Shown: positions 19,548-32,884, counted from the stretch's first letter. The stretch: 64,000 bases of DNA from an uncultured Pelagibacteraceae bacterium (GCA_902633585.1 CACPGZ010000003.1:12484-76483), one strand, 5' to 3'. The notes: generated from the sequence alone by a model not told the origin. Program-made: numbers and translations.

Positions 19548-19796
19548 AATTTGTAAAGAGTGAATGTTATTTTTTAATTCTACATCTAATATTTTATAAA
19601 TTTTTTTATTACTTTCAATTTTATTTAATTTCTTAAGCTCATCAGAAACAACGATTATTTTTAAGTGAAATTTATTGCTTTCATGTCCTTGATGATTTTT
19701 ATGTAAAAATGTTTTATCTTCAATTAAAATATTTTCAATTTTTATATTATTTTCTAGTTTTTTTTTAACCTTTGCGATTAATTCATCTATATTCAT
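19536..19796 (-). CDS. bolA: BolA-family protein
   Basis: D....H..H.GH, H.KI.VVS and IHSLQI motifs; divergent from J-domain/cobS. Confidence 0.85.
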   Translation of the reverse strand: MNIDELIAKVKKKLENNIKIENILIEDKTFLHKNHQGHESNKFHLKIIVVSDELKKLNKIESNKKIYKILDVELKNNIHSLQISIN

Positions 19797-19812
19797 GTGA
19801 TATAATTATATC

Positions 19813-20334
19813 ATGAAAAATATCTGTGACTGGAATAATTGCAATGAAATTGGTGAATATAAAGCACCAGTTGAAAAAGATAATAGTAAAAAATTTAGAT
19901 TACTGTGTTTAAATCATGTTAAAGAGTTTAATAAAAATTGGAATTATTTTTCAGGTATGAATGATGATCAAGTAATTGATTTTTTGAAATCAGACATGAT
20001 TTGGCATAAACCTACTCAGAGTTTTAGTTCTTCAGATAATTTTTTTAAAGTCTTGTGGAATAATACTTTGAGAGACGAACTCGATAAAGAAAAATTAAAA
20101 AGCGATTTTAATCATATGGGACAATTTAGATATAATCATAAAGACATCAAAGCGTTTGAAATATTAGGTATTTCAGTAGGATCCAAGTGGGGAAAAATTT
20201 ACGACAAATTTAAAATACTTGTCAAAAAATTTCACCCTGATATGAATTCTGGGAGTAAAAAATTTGAGGAAAAACTTAAATCAATAACTTTGGCTTACAC
20301 TCAGTTAAAAAATACTTATAGAGAAAAAAATTGA
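19813..20334 (+). CDS. J-domain protein (C-terminal J domain)
   Basis: C...C...G.YKAP...CL.HV.E.N..WNYF N-terminus; LVKKFHPD J-domain motif. Confidence 0.9.
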   Translation: MKNICDWNNCNEIGEYKAPVEKDNSKKFRLLCLNHVKEFNKNWNYFSGMNDDQVIDFLKSDMIWHKPTQSFSSSDNFFKVLWNNTLRDELDKEKLKSDFNHMGQFRYNHKDIKAFEILGISVGSKWGKIYDKFKILVKKFHPDMNSGSKKFEEKLKSITLAYTQLKNTYREKN

Positions 20335-21305
20335 CACCAAACATAAGCAATCAACCAGACATAAAACTCTCAATAAAACAAACTTTTGGGATAGACTCTA
20401 ATTTGGATGTGGATGCATTTTCTAAAAAAAGCGAGTATGTGCCAGAAATAGATAAAAACTATAAATTTGATCGTGATACTACTTTAGCTATCATCTCAGG
20501 TTTTGCTTTTAATAAAAGAGTCTTAGTTCAGGGTTATCACGGCACAGGAAAATCTACTCACATAGAGCAAATTGCTGCGAGATTAAATTGGCCTTGCATC
20601 AGAGTAAATTTAGACAGTCATATAAGTCGTATTGATTTGATAGGTAAGGATGCGATTGTTTTGAAAGATGGTAAGCAAGTGACGGAATTTAACGAGGGGA
20701 TTTTGCCATGGTCCATACAAAACCCTGTCGCTTTAGTATTCGATGAGTATGATGCAGGGAGACCAGATGTAATGTTTGTTATTCAGAGAATACTTGAAGC
20801 AGAAGGTAATTTTACTCTCCTAGATAAAAATAAAGTGATTAAACAAAATAAATTTTTTAGATTATTTGCAACCTCTAACACAGTTGGTTTAGGAGATACA
20901 ACAGGACTTTACCATGGAACTCAGCAAATAAATCAAGGACAAATGGATAGATGGAATATTGTTACTACTTTAAACTATCTTAGCCTTGATAAAGAAATGG
21001 AAATTATTTTAGCAAAAAATAAAGGCTTAGATAATGAAAAAGGTAAAGAAAAAGTTTCAAATATGATCAAGGTTGCATCTTTAACAAGAAAAGGATTTAT
21101 AGCTGGTGATATATCGACAGTGATGAGTCCTCGAACAGTTTTGCACTGGGCTGAAAACGTAGAAATTTTTAAAGATACTGGTTATGCCTTTAGAGTAACG
21201 TTTTTAAATAAGTGCGATGAAATCGAAAAAAATATAATTGCAGAGTATTATCAAAGATGTTTTGGTGAGGAGTTACCAGAGTCCTTATTAAATATTCAAA
21301 TTTAA
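20331..21305 (+). CDS. cobS: CobS-family AAA+ ATPase
   Basis: [37 protein letters not shown] and MSPRTV motifs; TTG start. Confidence 0.93.
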   Translation: MTPNISNQPDIKLSIKQTFGIDSNLDVDAFSKKSEYVPEIDKNYKFDRDTTLAIISGFAFNKRVLVQGYHGTGKSTHIEQIAARLNWPCIRVNLDSHISRIDLIGKDAIVLKDGKQVTEFNEGILPWSIQNPVALVFDEYDAGRPDVMFVIQRILEAEGNFTLLDKNKVIKQNKFFRLFATSNTVGLGDTTGLYHGTQQINQGQMDRWNIVTTLNYLSLDKEMEIILAKNKGLDNEKGKEKVSNMIKVASLTRKGFIAGDISTVMSPRTVLHWAENVEIFKDTGYAFRVTFLNKCDEIEKNIIAEYYQRCFGEELPESLLNIQI

Positions 21306-23104
21306 TGAATAACAAAACCGAGAGTTTTAAAGAAAAGCTTAGACAGGCTCTATCGTCTACAGCAAGAGTAATCTCAGATGATTTAGGAATCAATCAAAAA
21401 AAAATTATTAAAAATTCTGAAAAACAAGATTTGATTGAACTAGAAAATTTAAATTCAAAAAAAGATTATATTAAGGCTAGAGCAGAAACAGACTCGAAAG
21501 CTCTTAAAAAGAAATTTTCTGACGAGTCAATATTTAAAAAAAATTTACCCTCTAGCTTGTCTTGTAAATCACTTTATACAATCACTGAAAAAATAAGGTA
21601 CGAAAGATTGGGATCAAAAATGTTAAAAGGAATAGAAAAAAATTTGAAGGATAATTATATTCAAATGATCGCACATAAAAGAAAAGACCAAATTAAATCC
21701 AAAGATGATGTGCCTGTTGTTGAGGCTTTTGAATTATATATGCTAAAAAATTTCCACAATATTAAACTTAACTCTTTAACATCAAGAATGTTAAACTTTT
21801 GGGAAAAAGATTTTGATAAATCAATTTTTGAACATATGGAATTTTTTAAACAAAATTTAGAAGATCAGAATATTTATAGTTTGAAGTTCTCCCAGATACT
21901 TCAAGAAATGGACATTTTTCAATCAGAGGAAAATGAAGAAAAAAAGGATGAAAACCTAGAGGATGATAAAGAAAATCAGTCAAGCGAAAACGATGATAGT
22001 GAGGATGATGATAAAAAGGATTCTGATAAACAAGATGAAACGGAAGCCAGTTTAGATTCAGATTATAATATTGATGAATATAAATTAGATGAACAACTTG
22101 TAGATACAGACACAGACGAACAAAACTCTGAGCAAGTTATTCAAAAGAAAAATTTAAGGGATTTAAATGTAGATTATAAAATTTTTACAACTCAATTTGA
22201 TGAAATTACCAAAGCTGAAAATCTTGAAAACGCAGATGAGGCAAATAAACTTCGAAAAACTTTAGATCAACAATTGATTGGTTTTCAAGATGTTATAACT
22301 AAACTTGCTAATAAACTTCAAAGACAATTATTGGCAAAACAGAATAGAGCTTGGGATTTTGATTTAGAGGAAGGATTACTTGATAGCTCTAAGTTACCAA
22401 GAATAATAATGGATCCATACAACTCGTTATCTTTCAAGAAAGAAAAGGATTTAGACTTCAAAGACACTGTAGTAACACTTTTAATTGACAACTCGGGTTC
22501 AATGAGAGGTAGACCAATTACAATTGCAGCTATTTGCGCTGATATTCTATCCAGAACTTTGGAACGTTGCTCAGTAAAAGTAGAAATATTAGGGTTCACA
22601 ACAAAAAATTGGAAAGGTGGCCAAAGTAGAGAACTATGGAATAAAAATAATAAGCCGAAGACACCTGGAAGATTGAATGATTTAAGACATATTATTTATA
22701 AAGGAGCTGATACACATTGGAGGCAGGCAAAAGATAATCTTGGGCTTATGTTAAAGGAGGGTTTATTGAAAGAAAATATAGATGGGGAGGCTATAACATG
22801 GGCTTTCAATAGAATTAAAAAAAGAAAAGAGGAAAGAAAAATTTTAATGGTAATTTCAGATGGCGCGCCAGTTGATGATTCAACCTTATCAGTAAATTCG
22901 GGAGATTTTTTAGAAAAACATTTAAAAAAAATGGTTAAGTTTATAGAGGATAAATCTGAAATAGAAATTTTAGCTATAGGAATTGGTCATGATGTTTCTA
23001 GATATTATAAAAGAGCAATTAAGATCACTGATGTAAATGAACTTGGGGATGTAATGATTTCTCAATTAAGCTCATTATTTGATAATAAAGCAAAATTGCA
23101 CTAA
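21305..23104 (+). CDS. cobT: CobT-family vWA protein
   Basis: Acidic linker, [22 protein letters not shown] (MIDAS), [10 protein letters not shown] and [13 protein letters not shown] motifs. Confidence 0.93.
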   Translation: MNNKTESFKEKLRQALSSTARVISDDLGINQKKIIKNSEKQDLIELENLNSKKDYIKARAETDSKALKKKFSDESIFKKNLPSSLSCKSLYTITEKIRYERLGSKMLKGIEKNLKDNYIQMIAHKRKDQIKSKDDVPVVEAFELYMLKNFHNIKLNSLTSRMLNFWEKDFDKSIFEHMEFFKQNLEDQNIYSLKFSQILQEMDIFQSEENEEKKDENLEDDKENQSSENDDSEDDDKKDSDKQDETEASLDSDYNIDEYKLDEQLVDTDTDEQNSEQVIQKKNLRDLNVDYKIFTTQFDEITKAENLENADEANKLRKTLDQQLIGFQDVITKLANKLQRQLLAKQNRAWDFDLEEGLLDSSKLPRIIMDPYNSLSFKKEKDLDFKDTVVTLLIDNSGSMRGRPITIAAICADILSRTLERCSVKVEILGFTTKNWKGGQSRELWNKNNKPKTPGRLNDLRHIIYKGADTHWRQAKDNLGLMLKEGLLKENIDGEAITWAFNRIKKRKEERKILMVISDGAPVDDSTLSVNSGDFLEKHLKKMVKFIEDKSEIEILAIGIGHDVSRYYKRAIKITDVNELGDVMISQLSSLFDNKAKLH

Positions 23105-24381
23105 ATTTTTAATAAATCCTGATTTTTCCACCTTATAATTACTTCTGCTCCAGTTCTGGTTTTCGAGTTTTGGCAATTTAGGGAAGCGAAATTTTTTTCA
23201 AGCAATGTTTTCCCTATAAATATTCCTAAACCTAGACCAAATCGATTCTTTTCTTTGTTTTTAAGTGATCTTAAATAAGGTTCACCTATTTTTGATAATA
23301 TTTCATTAGGATATCCTTCACCATCATCTTCGATAATAATTTCAGTATATTCATTGTTACTTTTAAGGGTTATAAATATTTTTTCTTTAGCAAATTTATT
23401 TGCATTTCCAATAAAATTTCTCAAACCATATATAATCTCTATTGATTTTGGAATTTTTCTTGGGTTAGCATCTTGATCAAAATTTAAAACAAATTTTTTA
23501 TTACTAGTTTCTTCGAATGAGTTAATAATTTGATTTAAATATTTTTTAAAAGTTAAGTCCTCGTCTATAAAATCATCTTCTTCAATAGGATTTAAAGACA
23601 GTCTTTTCAAAATTTGATTACATCTTTCAACTTGACTTGATAATAATTCTACGTCTGAAGCTAGTTCTTTACGGTCCTTTAACTGTTGTTTTAACTCTTG
23701 TGAGATAATTTTAATCGTGGATAAAGGAGTTCCAAGAGAATGGGCTGCTGCTGCTGCTTGACCTCCTAAAGATAACATTTCATGTTCTTGAGCCATAATT
23801 TCCTCCATTTTGCTTAAAGCTTCTTTTCTTTTTCTAGACTCTGAACCAAATACTATCGCAAAATAATTCAAAAAGATGAGGGCAATTATAAAAGCAATTG
23901 GAATTGAATAATAATAATAAGGATCAACATGAAAGTGATTGTTTAAAGGCGCAGGTAAATCCTCTGAATAAAATGTCAGAAATGTAATCATTAATATTGT
24001 TGTAATAACGAGAAATAAATTAGTTCTAATGCCTAAATTTGATGACGCAAATACGCTAGGAATTAATAAAAAAATTACAAAGGGATTTACAATACCTCCT
24101 GTTAAATATATTAATGAACCTAATTGAAATATATCAATCATCAAAAAAATTAGTGCTGATCTATCGGAAAGTTGTGTTTTACTGTAGATAAAAATCAAAT
24201 AAAAATTACTTAAAATTCCAATAAATATAATTAAATTTGATACAATAAAATTAAAATCAAAATTTAGAAAAAAATAAACAATATAAACTGAAACTAATTG
24301 GCCTATTATACCAATCCATCTTAAAGAAATATAAGTAGATTTTTTTAGAGTATGAAATTTAGAAGTTTCAAAAAACTTCAT
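23101..24381 (-). CDS. regB: RegB/PrrB/ActS-family redox sensor histidine kinase
   Basis: LRW.GI.GQ, LTGG..NPF quinone-binding motif, AAAAAH.LGTPL.TI, ERC, DDG.G and GLGLG motifs. Confidence 0.9.
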   Translation of the reverse strand: MKFFETSKFHTLKKSTYISLRWIGIIGQLVSVYIVYFFLNFDFNFIVSNLIIFIGILSNFYLIFIYSKTQLSDRSALIFLMIDIFQLGSLIYLTGGIVNPFVIFLLIPSVFASSNLGIRTNLFLVITTILMITFLTFYSEDLPAPLNNHFHVDPYYYYSIPIAFIIALIFLNYFAIVFGSESRKRKEALSKMEEIMAQEHEMLSLGGQAAAAAHSLGTPLSTIKIISQELKQQLKDRKELASDVELLSSQVERCNQILKRLSLNPIEEDDFIDEDLTFKKYLNQIINSFEETSNKKFVLNFDQDANPRKIPKSIEIIYGLRNFIGNANKFAKEKIFITLKSNNEYTEIIIEDDGEGYPNEILSKIGEPYLRSLKNKEKNRFGLGLGIFIGKTLLEKNFASLNCQNSKTRTGAEVIIRWKNQDLLKI

Positions 24382-24384
24382 ATT

Positions 24385-26451
<2,067 letters not shown>

Positions 26452-26526
26452 TTAAGGAAAAATAAATTATAACATTTTTTGATAAAAATTGTTCAATTAT
26501 AATTACAAACTTCTAATAAAAATCTT

Positions 26527-26555
26527 AAATAAGCCTGATATATCAGGGCTTATTT
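26527..26555. terminator. Inverted repeat immediately 3' of tRNA-Ser (AAATAAGCC-TGATATATCA-GGGCTTATTT)
   Basis: Near-perfect palindrome 2 nt downstream of the tRNA CCA on the minus strand. Confidence 0.6.
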
Positions 26556-26557
26556 GA

Positions 26558-26647
26558 TGGCGGAGAGAATGGGATTCGAACCCATGAAAGAGTTTCCCCT
26601 TTACACGCTTTCCAAGCGTGCGCCTTCAACCACTCGGCCACCTCTCC
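26558..26647 (-). tRNA. tRNA-Ser (GGA)
   Basis: Reverse complement GGAGAGG...CACGC-TTGGAAA-GCGTG, long variable arm, GGTTCGAATCC, CCA end. Confidence 0.96.
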
Positions 26648-26671
26648 AATTAATTTGAGTTCTTTAGTTAT

Positions 26672-27469
26672 TTACTTTAACTCAAAAAAGTTCCAATACC
26701 ACTCTAAATATTTAGTATTTTTTTTAAACCAAAATGATAAGTATCTTTCAGCGAGATATGCGTATAATCTTTGCTGATCATATCCTTTTAATTTTCTAAA
26801 ACCGAACTCTTTTTCACACCTGAAAAGCCATTTAAAAAGACTACTAAACCAATCGTTCATAACTTTTTTCTTTGTAATAAACATTATATGGGGATTAAAA
26901 CTATAATTTTCACTTACGAATTTTTGAAAATCTTTTCTATCTTTTTTGTCAAGATACTTTATGGCTCTGTCTAATATTCCGTAACCATGATGCATATCAA
27001 AATGAAGTTTTATATTTTGTTTTTTTCTGTTAAAAAAAATTGAAGGATCGTTAATAATATTTTGTAAACCTCTTTTTATTAATTTCATTTTTTTTGGATT
27101 ATCTAATCTTATTGGCTTACAAATAATACTTTCATAATTTTTCCAACTTTTGTGTGGAACTTTCAAAATATTTTTCTGTAAATCACTAAAATTTTTTATT
27201 TTAGTATCTGAATTTAGCCAAAATCTCCGCTTCTGGCAAAACCCAATCCAAATATTATTATTAAATTTTTTTAACTTATTTTTCCAAAACCAATAATGAA
27301 AAGTTAATTCAGAATAATACTTCTCTTTTTTTTGAATATTCTTACCATTTAAACAGGTTATATATTCTTTTTTAAACCTTTTTTTGCCAACACCTGCTAA
27401 TGAAAGATTTAATTTTTCTAGATATTTAATCTCTTTATTTGTAACGCAAAAAATCATTAATTTTTCCAT
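26672..27469 (-). CDS. DUF4422-like putative glycosyltransferase
   Basis: YYSELT..YW.WKN, IGFCQ.RRF and R.YAYLAER motifs. Confidence 0.75.
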   Translation of the reverse strand: MEKLMIFCVTNKEIKYLEKLNLSLAGVGKKRFKKEYITCLNGKNIQKKEKYYSELTFHYWFWKNKLKKFNNNIWIGFCQKRRFWLNSDTKIKNFSDLQKNILKVPHKSWKNYESIICKPIRLDNPKKMKLIKRGLQNIINDPSIFFNRKKQNIKLHFDMHHGYGILDRAIKYLDKKDRKDFQKFVSENYSFNPHIMFITKKKVMNDWFSSLFKWLFRCEKEFGFRKLKGYDQQRLYAYLAERYLSFWFKKNTKYLEWYWNFFELK

Positions 27470-27477
27470 TTAAATTT

Positions 27478-28206
27478 TTAATTAATTATTTTTTTCTTCT
27501 TTAAGAATTTATTTAAATTTAAAATATTCAAAGAAGAGTTAAATGGAATATTGTGATTTGAATTTTTTTTTAGGTAATCTTTTTTAACTCTTTTATTACT
27601 CTTTTTTGCAAAATTATAGATATACTGAGTTTTACCACCAATGTTTAATATCCCTTTTTTATTTAATAATTTAAACAAATATTTTCTTACATCTTCATGA
27701 TAAATAAAACTACTCTTCACATTAGCAAACGCTTTTTTATGAATGAAAGGTTTTTCAGTCATTGAAACTCTTAATATTAGAGAATTTTTATAGAGTTGCA
27801 CAGCAGACTCACCACCTAATTTTGACCATGCATAGTTATTGACTGGTAATAATGGGTCAGTTTCCCTATAATTTCCTTTTGTGCCTGGATAAACATAGTT
27901 TGTAGAAAAATAAATTAGTTTTATTCGCAGTTTTGAACATACCTTTGTTATATTAGCGGTTCCAATAATATTTAGGTCAATACTTTTGATAATATTTTCT
28001 TCGTGAACTTTCATTGGCCGAGATAACCCTGCTAAATGAATTAAAATATTAGGTTTATTCTTTTTTAAGTATTTCTCTACACTCCTGAAATTTAAAATAT
28101 CTAATTCTTTTTTTGTGGGAAATAACATTTCGTGATTAGTCTCAAAATTTTTTAAACATTGACCAAATCTGCCTGAACCACCTGTTACTACAATTTTTTT
28201 TTTCAT
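27478..28206 (-). CDS. NAD(P)-dependent sugar-nucleotide reductase (RmlD-like SDR)
   Basis: VTGGSGRFG, IHLAG, STNYVY.G and P.N.YAWSKLGGE (YxxxK) motifs. Confidence 0.8.
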   Translation of the reverse strand: MKKKIVVTGGSGRFGQCLKNFETNHEMLFPTKKELDILNFRSVEKYLKKNKPNILIHLAGLSRPMKVHEENIIKSIDLNIIGTANITKVCSKLRIKLIYFSTNYVYPGTKGNYRETDPLLPVNNYAWSKLGGESAVQLYKNSLILRVSMTEKPFIHKKAFANVKSSFIYHEDVRKYLFKLLNKKGILNIGGKTQYIYNFAKKSNKRVKKDYLKKNSNHNIPFNSSLNILNLNKFLKKKKIIN

Positions 28207-29054
28207 TTCTTTTTAATTATTGCTATCTCGTTATGATTTCCTTTTAAAATAGAAATCTTATCAAAATTTTTCAAGAAATAATCTTTTTGATCTCTAGATA
28301 TGAGAGGATTTTCAAAATTTTCACCAGATTTAATTGATAATAAAATATCTCTTAAAGTCGGCTTTTCATTGTTCAAGTTCATATCAGCTCTTGTATCTGG
28401 GAAATCTAATTCTTCTGTTATAAAAATCCCTCCAGAACTTAATATTGGGAATAACATAAATAAACTAATGATTTGGTCTTTATAAGCATGGCATGCATCC
28501 TCAATTATTATCTCAAATTTTTTATCCCTTTTTAAAATATTTTGAGAAATTGACTTTTCTGAAGAGGAGTCTACATAAAAGTTTTTTATTCTATCAGAAG
28601 TATAACTAAATAAATCAGGAAATATATCTGCTGAATATATTTCGGCATTCTTGAAATAAAAATATAATGCAGCAGCTGCATTTCCATAAAAAGACCCAAT
28701 TTCTAAAATATTTAATTGTTTATTTTTTTTTTCAAAAAAATATTCATCGTAAAATTTTGCGTAATTATGGCCTTGTACTTTTAAGTTAGAATCTCGCTTT
28801 ATAGGTTGATCATATTGATTTACGAACTTTTCACCCTTATCACTTTCAAAAAATTCAAATAAAAAATTTAAATTTTTTTCAAATAAAAATTTGTTATTTG
28901 ATGAGTAATTTTCAAGATTTACTTTTTTTTTTGTATAACGCAGATTCAAAAAATATTTAATTGGGATTACAAAAAAAAGGTAGATCTTTAGTAATTTTTT
29001 AGCCTTTTTGATCCTGTGTTTGTAGTAAATTTTATAAAAAGTTTGAAGTCTCAT
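28203..29054 (-). CDS. Class I SAM-dependent methyltransferase, MycE-like sugar O-methyltransferase pattern
   Basis: SDKG...HNY..FY, ILEIGS..G, YF..A.IY..DI, IIIEDA.H and GG..I.E motifs. Confidence 0.65.
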   Translation of the reverse strand: MRLQTFYKIYYKHRIKKAKKLLKIYLFFVIPIKYFLNLRYTKKKVNLENYSSNNKFLFEKNLNFLFEFFESDKGEKFVNQYDQPIKRDSNLKVQGHNYAKFYDEYFFEKKNKQLNILEIGSFYGNAAAALYFYFKNAEIYSADIFPDLFSYTSDRIKNFYVDSSSEKSISQNILKRDKKFEIIIEDACHAYKDQIISLFMLFPILSSGGIFITEELDFPDTRADMNLNNEKPTLRDILLSIKSGENFENPLISRDQKDYFLKNFDKISILKGNHNEIAIIKKK

Positions 29055-29058
29055 AATT

Positions 29059-30180
29059 TTAAATATCTTTTAATTGATCATTTAATACTTTTAAATCTAC
29101 AAATAAATCACCATTTATATTTTTTTCACTTAAATAAGGAGTAGATAATAAGCTATAATTTAAGTTATTTATTTCAGATATTCTTTCGTACACTTTATTT
29201 TGAAATCCGTATCCTGGTTCAGAAGATCTTATTTCAATAACTTTTGTTTTTTCTTTTGAGAAACACAAATTAGTAAGTCCAGCTCCATGAGCTCCTATTA
29301 CAATTTTTGCATTACTAAAAACAAATATCTGCTCATCAAAACTCAAGTTTTCAAGTTTAACAATATCAAAATTTTTTTCTTTTAAGAGATTTTGAGTTTC
29401 TTCTAAATTAACTATTTGAGAGTGCTTAAAATTAGATAAAGATCTGTCGATGAATATATTATCTTTAATTTCTATTTTTTTTGATTTCTCCAAAAAACTA
29501 CCTCTTAGCCATTTTATTATCCAATCAGGTACACACTTTGCTTGATCTAAAATAAAACCTTTAAAATAACTCGGGTGCTGAGTGGCGATTAGCTGATCAC
29601 ACTCTATATGACGATAATAGTTGGAATCAATTATCTTTAAACTCTTAAGGCCCAAAAGTTCCAACGATTTTTTTTGAAAAGAATTAAGTTTATTTAAATA
29701 TAAGTAATCTAGGTCTTCATATTTAAAGACCTCATTATATAACTTAAGTTTTGGTAACATGTCTAATAACCAATGAGAAAAATTATTATGTCCGCTGGCA
29801 CCTTGAGCTAAGTTTAAAACTCTACCTTTAAATTTTTTTTTTATTCTGGGAGTGCCGATTTTAAGACATATGTTATGATCTGTGCCTTTTAGATCTCCTT
29901 TAATTTGCTGATAGGATGGTCCACTTATTATTTTATTTTTATTAATGATCGCAACATTTTGAACATTATCATTATAAATTCTACCAAAATTAACTAGATA
30001 AATTTTATAATTATTACCAAAAAATGTATTTATATTTTTGTTATCAATATCATAAACTTTAAGATTTTGCATTGAAGAAGAATCATCAATATTAATTTCC
30101 CCGTAAATTAGTTTAAAAATTTTTTGTGCTAATGTTTTGAATAAATTTTGAAAATTTTTTTTTATTTTTAAAAAAAGCAT
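29059..30180 (-). CDS. Glycosyltransferase family 61 (DUF563) protein
   Basis: N..HWL.D.LP.L, IFIDR, N.EE, LSF.EQI..F..A..VIGAHGAGLTNL.F and VIEI motifs. Confidence 0.88.
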   Translation of the reverse strand: MLFLKIKKNFQNLFKTLAQKIFKLIYGEINIDDSSSMQNLKVYDIDNKNINTFFGNNYKIYLVNFGRIYNDNVQNVAIINKNKIISGPSYQQIKGDLKGTDHNICLKIGTPRIKKKFKGRVLNLAQGASGHNNFSHWLLDMLPKLKLYNEVFKYEDLDYLYLNKLNSFQKKSLELLGLKSLKIIDSNYYRHIECDQLIATQHPSYFKGFILDQAKCVPDWIIKWLRGSFLEKSKKIEIKDNIFIDRSLSNFKHSQIVNLEETQNLLKEKNFDIVKLENLSFDEQIFVFSNAKIVIGAHGAGLTNLCFSKEKTKVIEIRSSEPGYGFQNKVYERISEINNLNYSLLSTPYLSEKNINGDLFVDLKVLNDQLKDI

Positions 30181-30291
30181 AAGTATGAATCGTTAAAATT
30201 ACATTTTTTTTTATACATTTACAGGAATAAATTAACCAAAGACATATAAGCTTGAAAAGAATAATATTAATAATAGTATTTTATTTATTTT

Positions 30292-31071
30292 ATGAAAAAG
30301 ATAGCATTTTTAATTTCTGGTAATATAAGAATTTACGAAAAAAATTTAGTTTTTTTTGAGGAAATTAAAAAAATCTTAAAAGATTTTGAAATTATAATTG
30401 TTAGTTCGATTTGGAAAAATCAAGAAGATTTAGAAAATTTTAAGGAAAAATATAAAATTAAATTTATTAACCAAATTAAGCAAAAAAATTGGAATGATAA
30501 GATAAACGCAGTCAAATTTGTAACAGGAGAGGAAAATCTTTCATGGAAAATAGAGAATGTTTTTCATATGTGGCACTCAATTATAGAAAATGTTCACTTT
30601 TTAGAAAAAATAAATTCTGAAAATAATCTAAATATTGATTATGTTTGTCGTTTTAGAACAGACATAATTAATTTAAAAAGTATAGAAAATTTAAAAAATG
30701 ATTTAATTGACTTAGAAAATGAAGAATTTTTAATATCATCAAATAGACATTTTAAAGGAATTACAGACCTTTTTTTTATTGCAAAATATCAAACATTTTT
30801 AAAACTTAAAAATATTTTCTCTTTTTTTGACAAATTTTCTCAGGAAAACAGAGTTTTTAATCCTGAGTATATTTTTTATTGTTTTTTATCTGAAAGTAAA
30901 TTTAAGATTAAAATAGCGCACAAATTTAATCTTGCTTTAATTAGAATGGAAGAGGCCAAACCAACAAAGCGTGTCTATGTGCCTTTAAAAGACAAAATTA
31001 ATATGAAAATGATAAAAAGAAAAATAAAATTATTAAAATTAATAAATGGTGTGAAATATATCTTTAAATAA
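30292..31071 (+). CDS. Hypothetical protein, putative GT-A-like glycosyltransferase
   Basis: KIAFLISG.IR N-terminus, MWHSI, Y.CRFRTD, D.FF and PE motifs; located in a glycan locus. Confidence 0.55.
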   Translation: MKKIAFLISGNIRIYEKNLVFFEEIKKILKDFEIIIVSSIWKNQEDLENFKEKYKIKFINQIKQKNWNDKINAVKFVTGEENLSWKIENVFHMWHSIIENVHFLEKINSENNLNIDYVCRFRTDIINLKSIENLKNDLIDLENEEFLISSNRHFKGITDLFFIAKYQTFLKLKNIFSFFDKFSQENRVFNPEYIFYCFLSESKFKIKIAHKFNLALIRMEEAKPTKRVYVPLKDKINMKMIKRKIKLLKLINGVKYIFK

Positions 31072-31088
31072 TTGGTTTACTAAATTTT

Positions 31089-32453
31089 TTATTTCAATTT
31101 TTGAATAAAATTATTTAAATCTTCTGGAGTACCTAGTCCACACATTTCCTCTACATTATGAATTTTTACTTTTTTCTTTTTTGATATAAATTCATTATAA
31201 ACAGGGCACACATAAAACTCATTATTAACGCGGATATTTTTCTTTATCATTTCTTCAGCAGACTTTACATAATCAGAGCCATGCTTCCAATAATAAACTC
31301 CTACTGTTGCATTTTTAGAAATTACTTTTTTCTCTGCAACTTCTGATACAAATCCATCTTTATCACATTTTGCATATGACCACTTAGGGTGTATTGCTTC
31401 AAAAGTCAAGATTGCACCATCTAAATTTTTTGAATTAAAATCATATATGGCTTTTGAGCTATTCCATCTAATATATTGATCAGAGTTTGCTATAATCAAA
31501 GGGTTAGAATTATTTATAAATTTTTTGGCTAATAAAGTTGTGCATGCCGCTCCCTCGGTAATGTGATCTAATTCAATTATCTTACAGTTTGGTTTAAGAA
31601 TTCTTAAGACGCTACTTATATTATATTTTTTTTGATGTTCTTTTTGGATAATGAAAATATAATTTGCATTTAGATTTAAACTCTCTATGACCCACTGTAT
31701 CATTGGTTTATTGTCTACTTCTATTAGCGGTTTGGGAAATATATAACCAGCATCAAAAAATCTTTTTCCAGCTCCCGCCATAGGTATTAAAACATTCATT
31801 TTATTATCCTCCCAGGAAATATTTTTTTCATTAATAATTTTTTTAGAAATCAAATTTAATTTAATCTTTTTTAAATTTAATTCATTTATTTTTTTTATTG
31901 GTAATAATTTTGCTCCAGAGGAAACTGCTGCTTCTCTTCCATAATGTGAGTCCTCTACTATCAACGCCTCGGATGGGTAAATACCAAAATGTACAAAAAT
32001 TCTTAAATAAATTTCTGGGTTAGGTTTTGGATTGATTATATCCTCATTGGATAACTTAAAATCAACATACTTTTCTATTCCTAAGTTTTTTAAGCAAATC
32101 TTTAGTGTCGATTTAACAGCATTCGTTGCAACTGCTATTTTATAATTTTTGTTTAGGTATTTAAATATCTCTAATAAATGAGTTTTTCTTTTAATTTTTT
32201 TCTTTAAAAGACTTGAGGTTATTTTTTGTTTATATTTGTTTATTTTTGAGAAATTTTTAATTGGGAGCTTATCTTTTTTATTTAAAATCTTGAGTTTTTC
32301 GTTCGTTGGCAGCCCATCAAAAACTTTTACATGGTCATCAATGGATATTTCCTCGTAACCGTATTTTTTTAATGATAAATTTAAGGCCTCAAAATGTATC
32401 ATTTTTGTATCTACTAAAACCCCATCTAAATCAAAAATAATTACTTTAATCAT
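31089..32453 (-). CDS. HAD phosphatase fused to a nucleotidyltransferase (GT-A fold)
   Basis: N-terminal FDLDGVLVD, ATN, KPNPEIY and EDS..G; C-terminal LIPMAG.G.RF...PKPLI, EGAACT, NSDQ, EKK.IS..ATVG.YY and LGTPEDL. Confidence 0.88.
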   Translation of the reverse strand: MIKVIIFDLDGVLVDTKMIHFEALNLSLKKYGYEEISIDDHVKVFDGLPTNEKLKILNKKDKLPIKNFSKINKYKQKITSSLLKKKIKRKTHLLEIFKYLNKNYKIAVATNAVKSTLKICLKNLGIEKYVDFKLSNEDIINPKPNPEIYLRIFVHFGIYPSEALIVEDSHYGREAAVSSGAKLLPIKKINELNLKKIKLNLISKKIINEKNISWEDNKMNVLIPMAGAGKRFFDAGYIFPKPLIEVDNKPMIQWVIESLNLNANYIFIIQKEHQKKYNISSVLRILKPNCKIIELDHITEGAACTTLLAKKFINNSNPLIIANSDQYIRWNSSKAIYDFNSKNLDGAILTFEAIHPKWSYAKCDKDGFVSEVAEKKVISKNATVGVYYWKHGSDYVKSAEEMIKKNIRVNNEFYVCPVYNEFISKKKKVKIHNVEEMCGLGTPEDLNNFIQKLK

Positions 32454-32877
32454 TTTTATACTTATCTATAAAATCAGAGCATATTCCTTTACAATTAATG
32501 TCTTTATAATTTGCATGCTCAGGCAATACACAAATGCTATTTGGAAAAAGTTTTTTTCCTGGATAAGTCCATATAAAGCCTCTACTTGTAATAGTATAAT
32601 CATCTTCTTGGTGCCAAAAATAATGGGCTTTTATCTTATCTAGTTCAATTAATGCTTTCGTTGTTTTAGCATGACACCAAATCTTATCATTTAACAAAAA
32701 CTCTTTATCAACTTCGAATTGATCAAAATCATGACCTAAGAAAAATTTATTCTTATTAAATCTAACATCAACCTCAACTTCAAAACCTTTATTTAATGCT
32801 TTCTGTATATGGTCAATATTATTTTCTTTATCTTTTACAGGGCCATCTACATTACCTCTATGTGAAATATATATCAT
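32446..32877 (-). CDS. Short GDPD/PLC-like phosphodiesterase-fold protein
   Basis: ISHRGN, EN, G..VEVDV, LGHD, W.HAK and GICSD motifs. Confidence 0.7.
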   Translation of the reverse strand: MIYISHRGNVDGPVKDKENNIDHIQKALNKGFEVEVDVRFNKNKFFLGHDFDQFEVDKEFLLNDKIWCHAKTTKALIELDKIKAHYFWHQEDDYTITSRGFIWTYPGKKLFPNSICVLPEHANYKDINCKGICSDFIDKYKND

Positions 32878-32884
32878 TAAAATT

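Noticed and set aside
21920-22140. Purine-rich low-complexity tract in cobT
   Set aside because: It encodes the acidic linker normal for CobT-family proteins
20331-23104. cobS/cobT as evidence of vitamin B12 synthesis
   Set aside because: No cobN or other cob genes in the window; the context is the bolA/J-domain cluster
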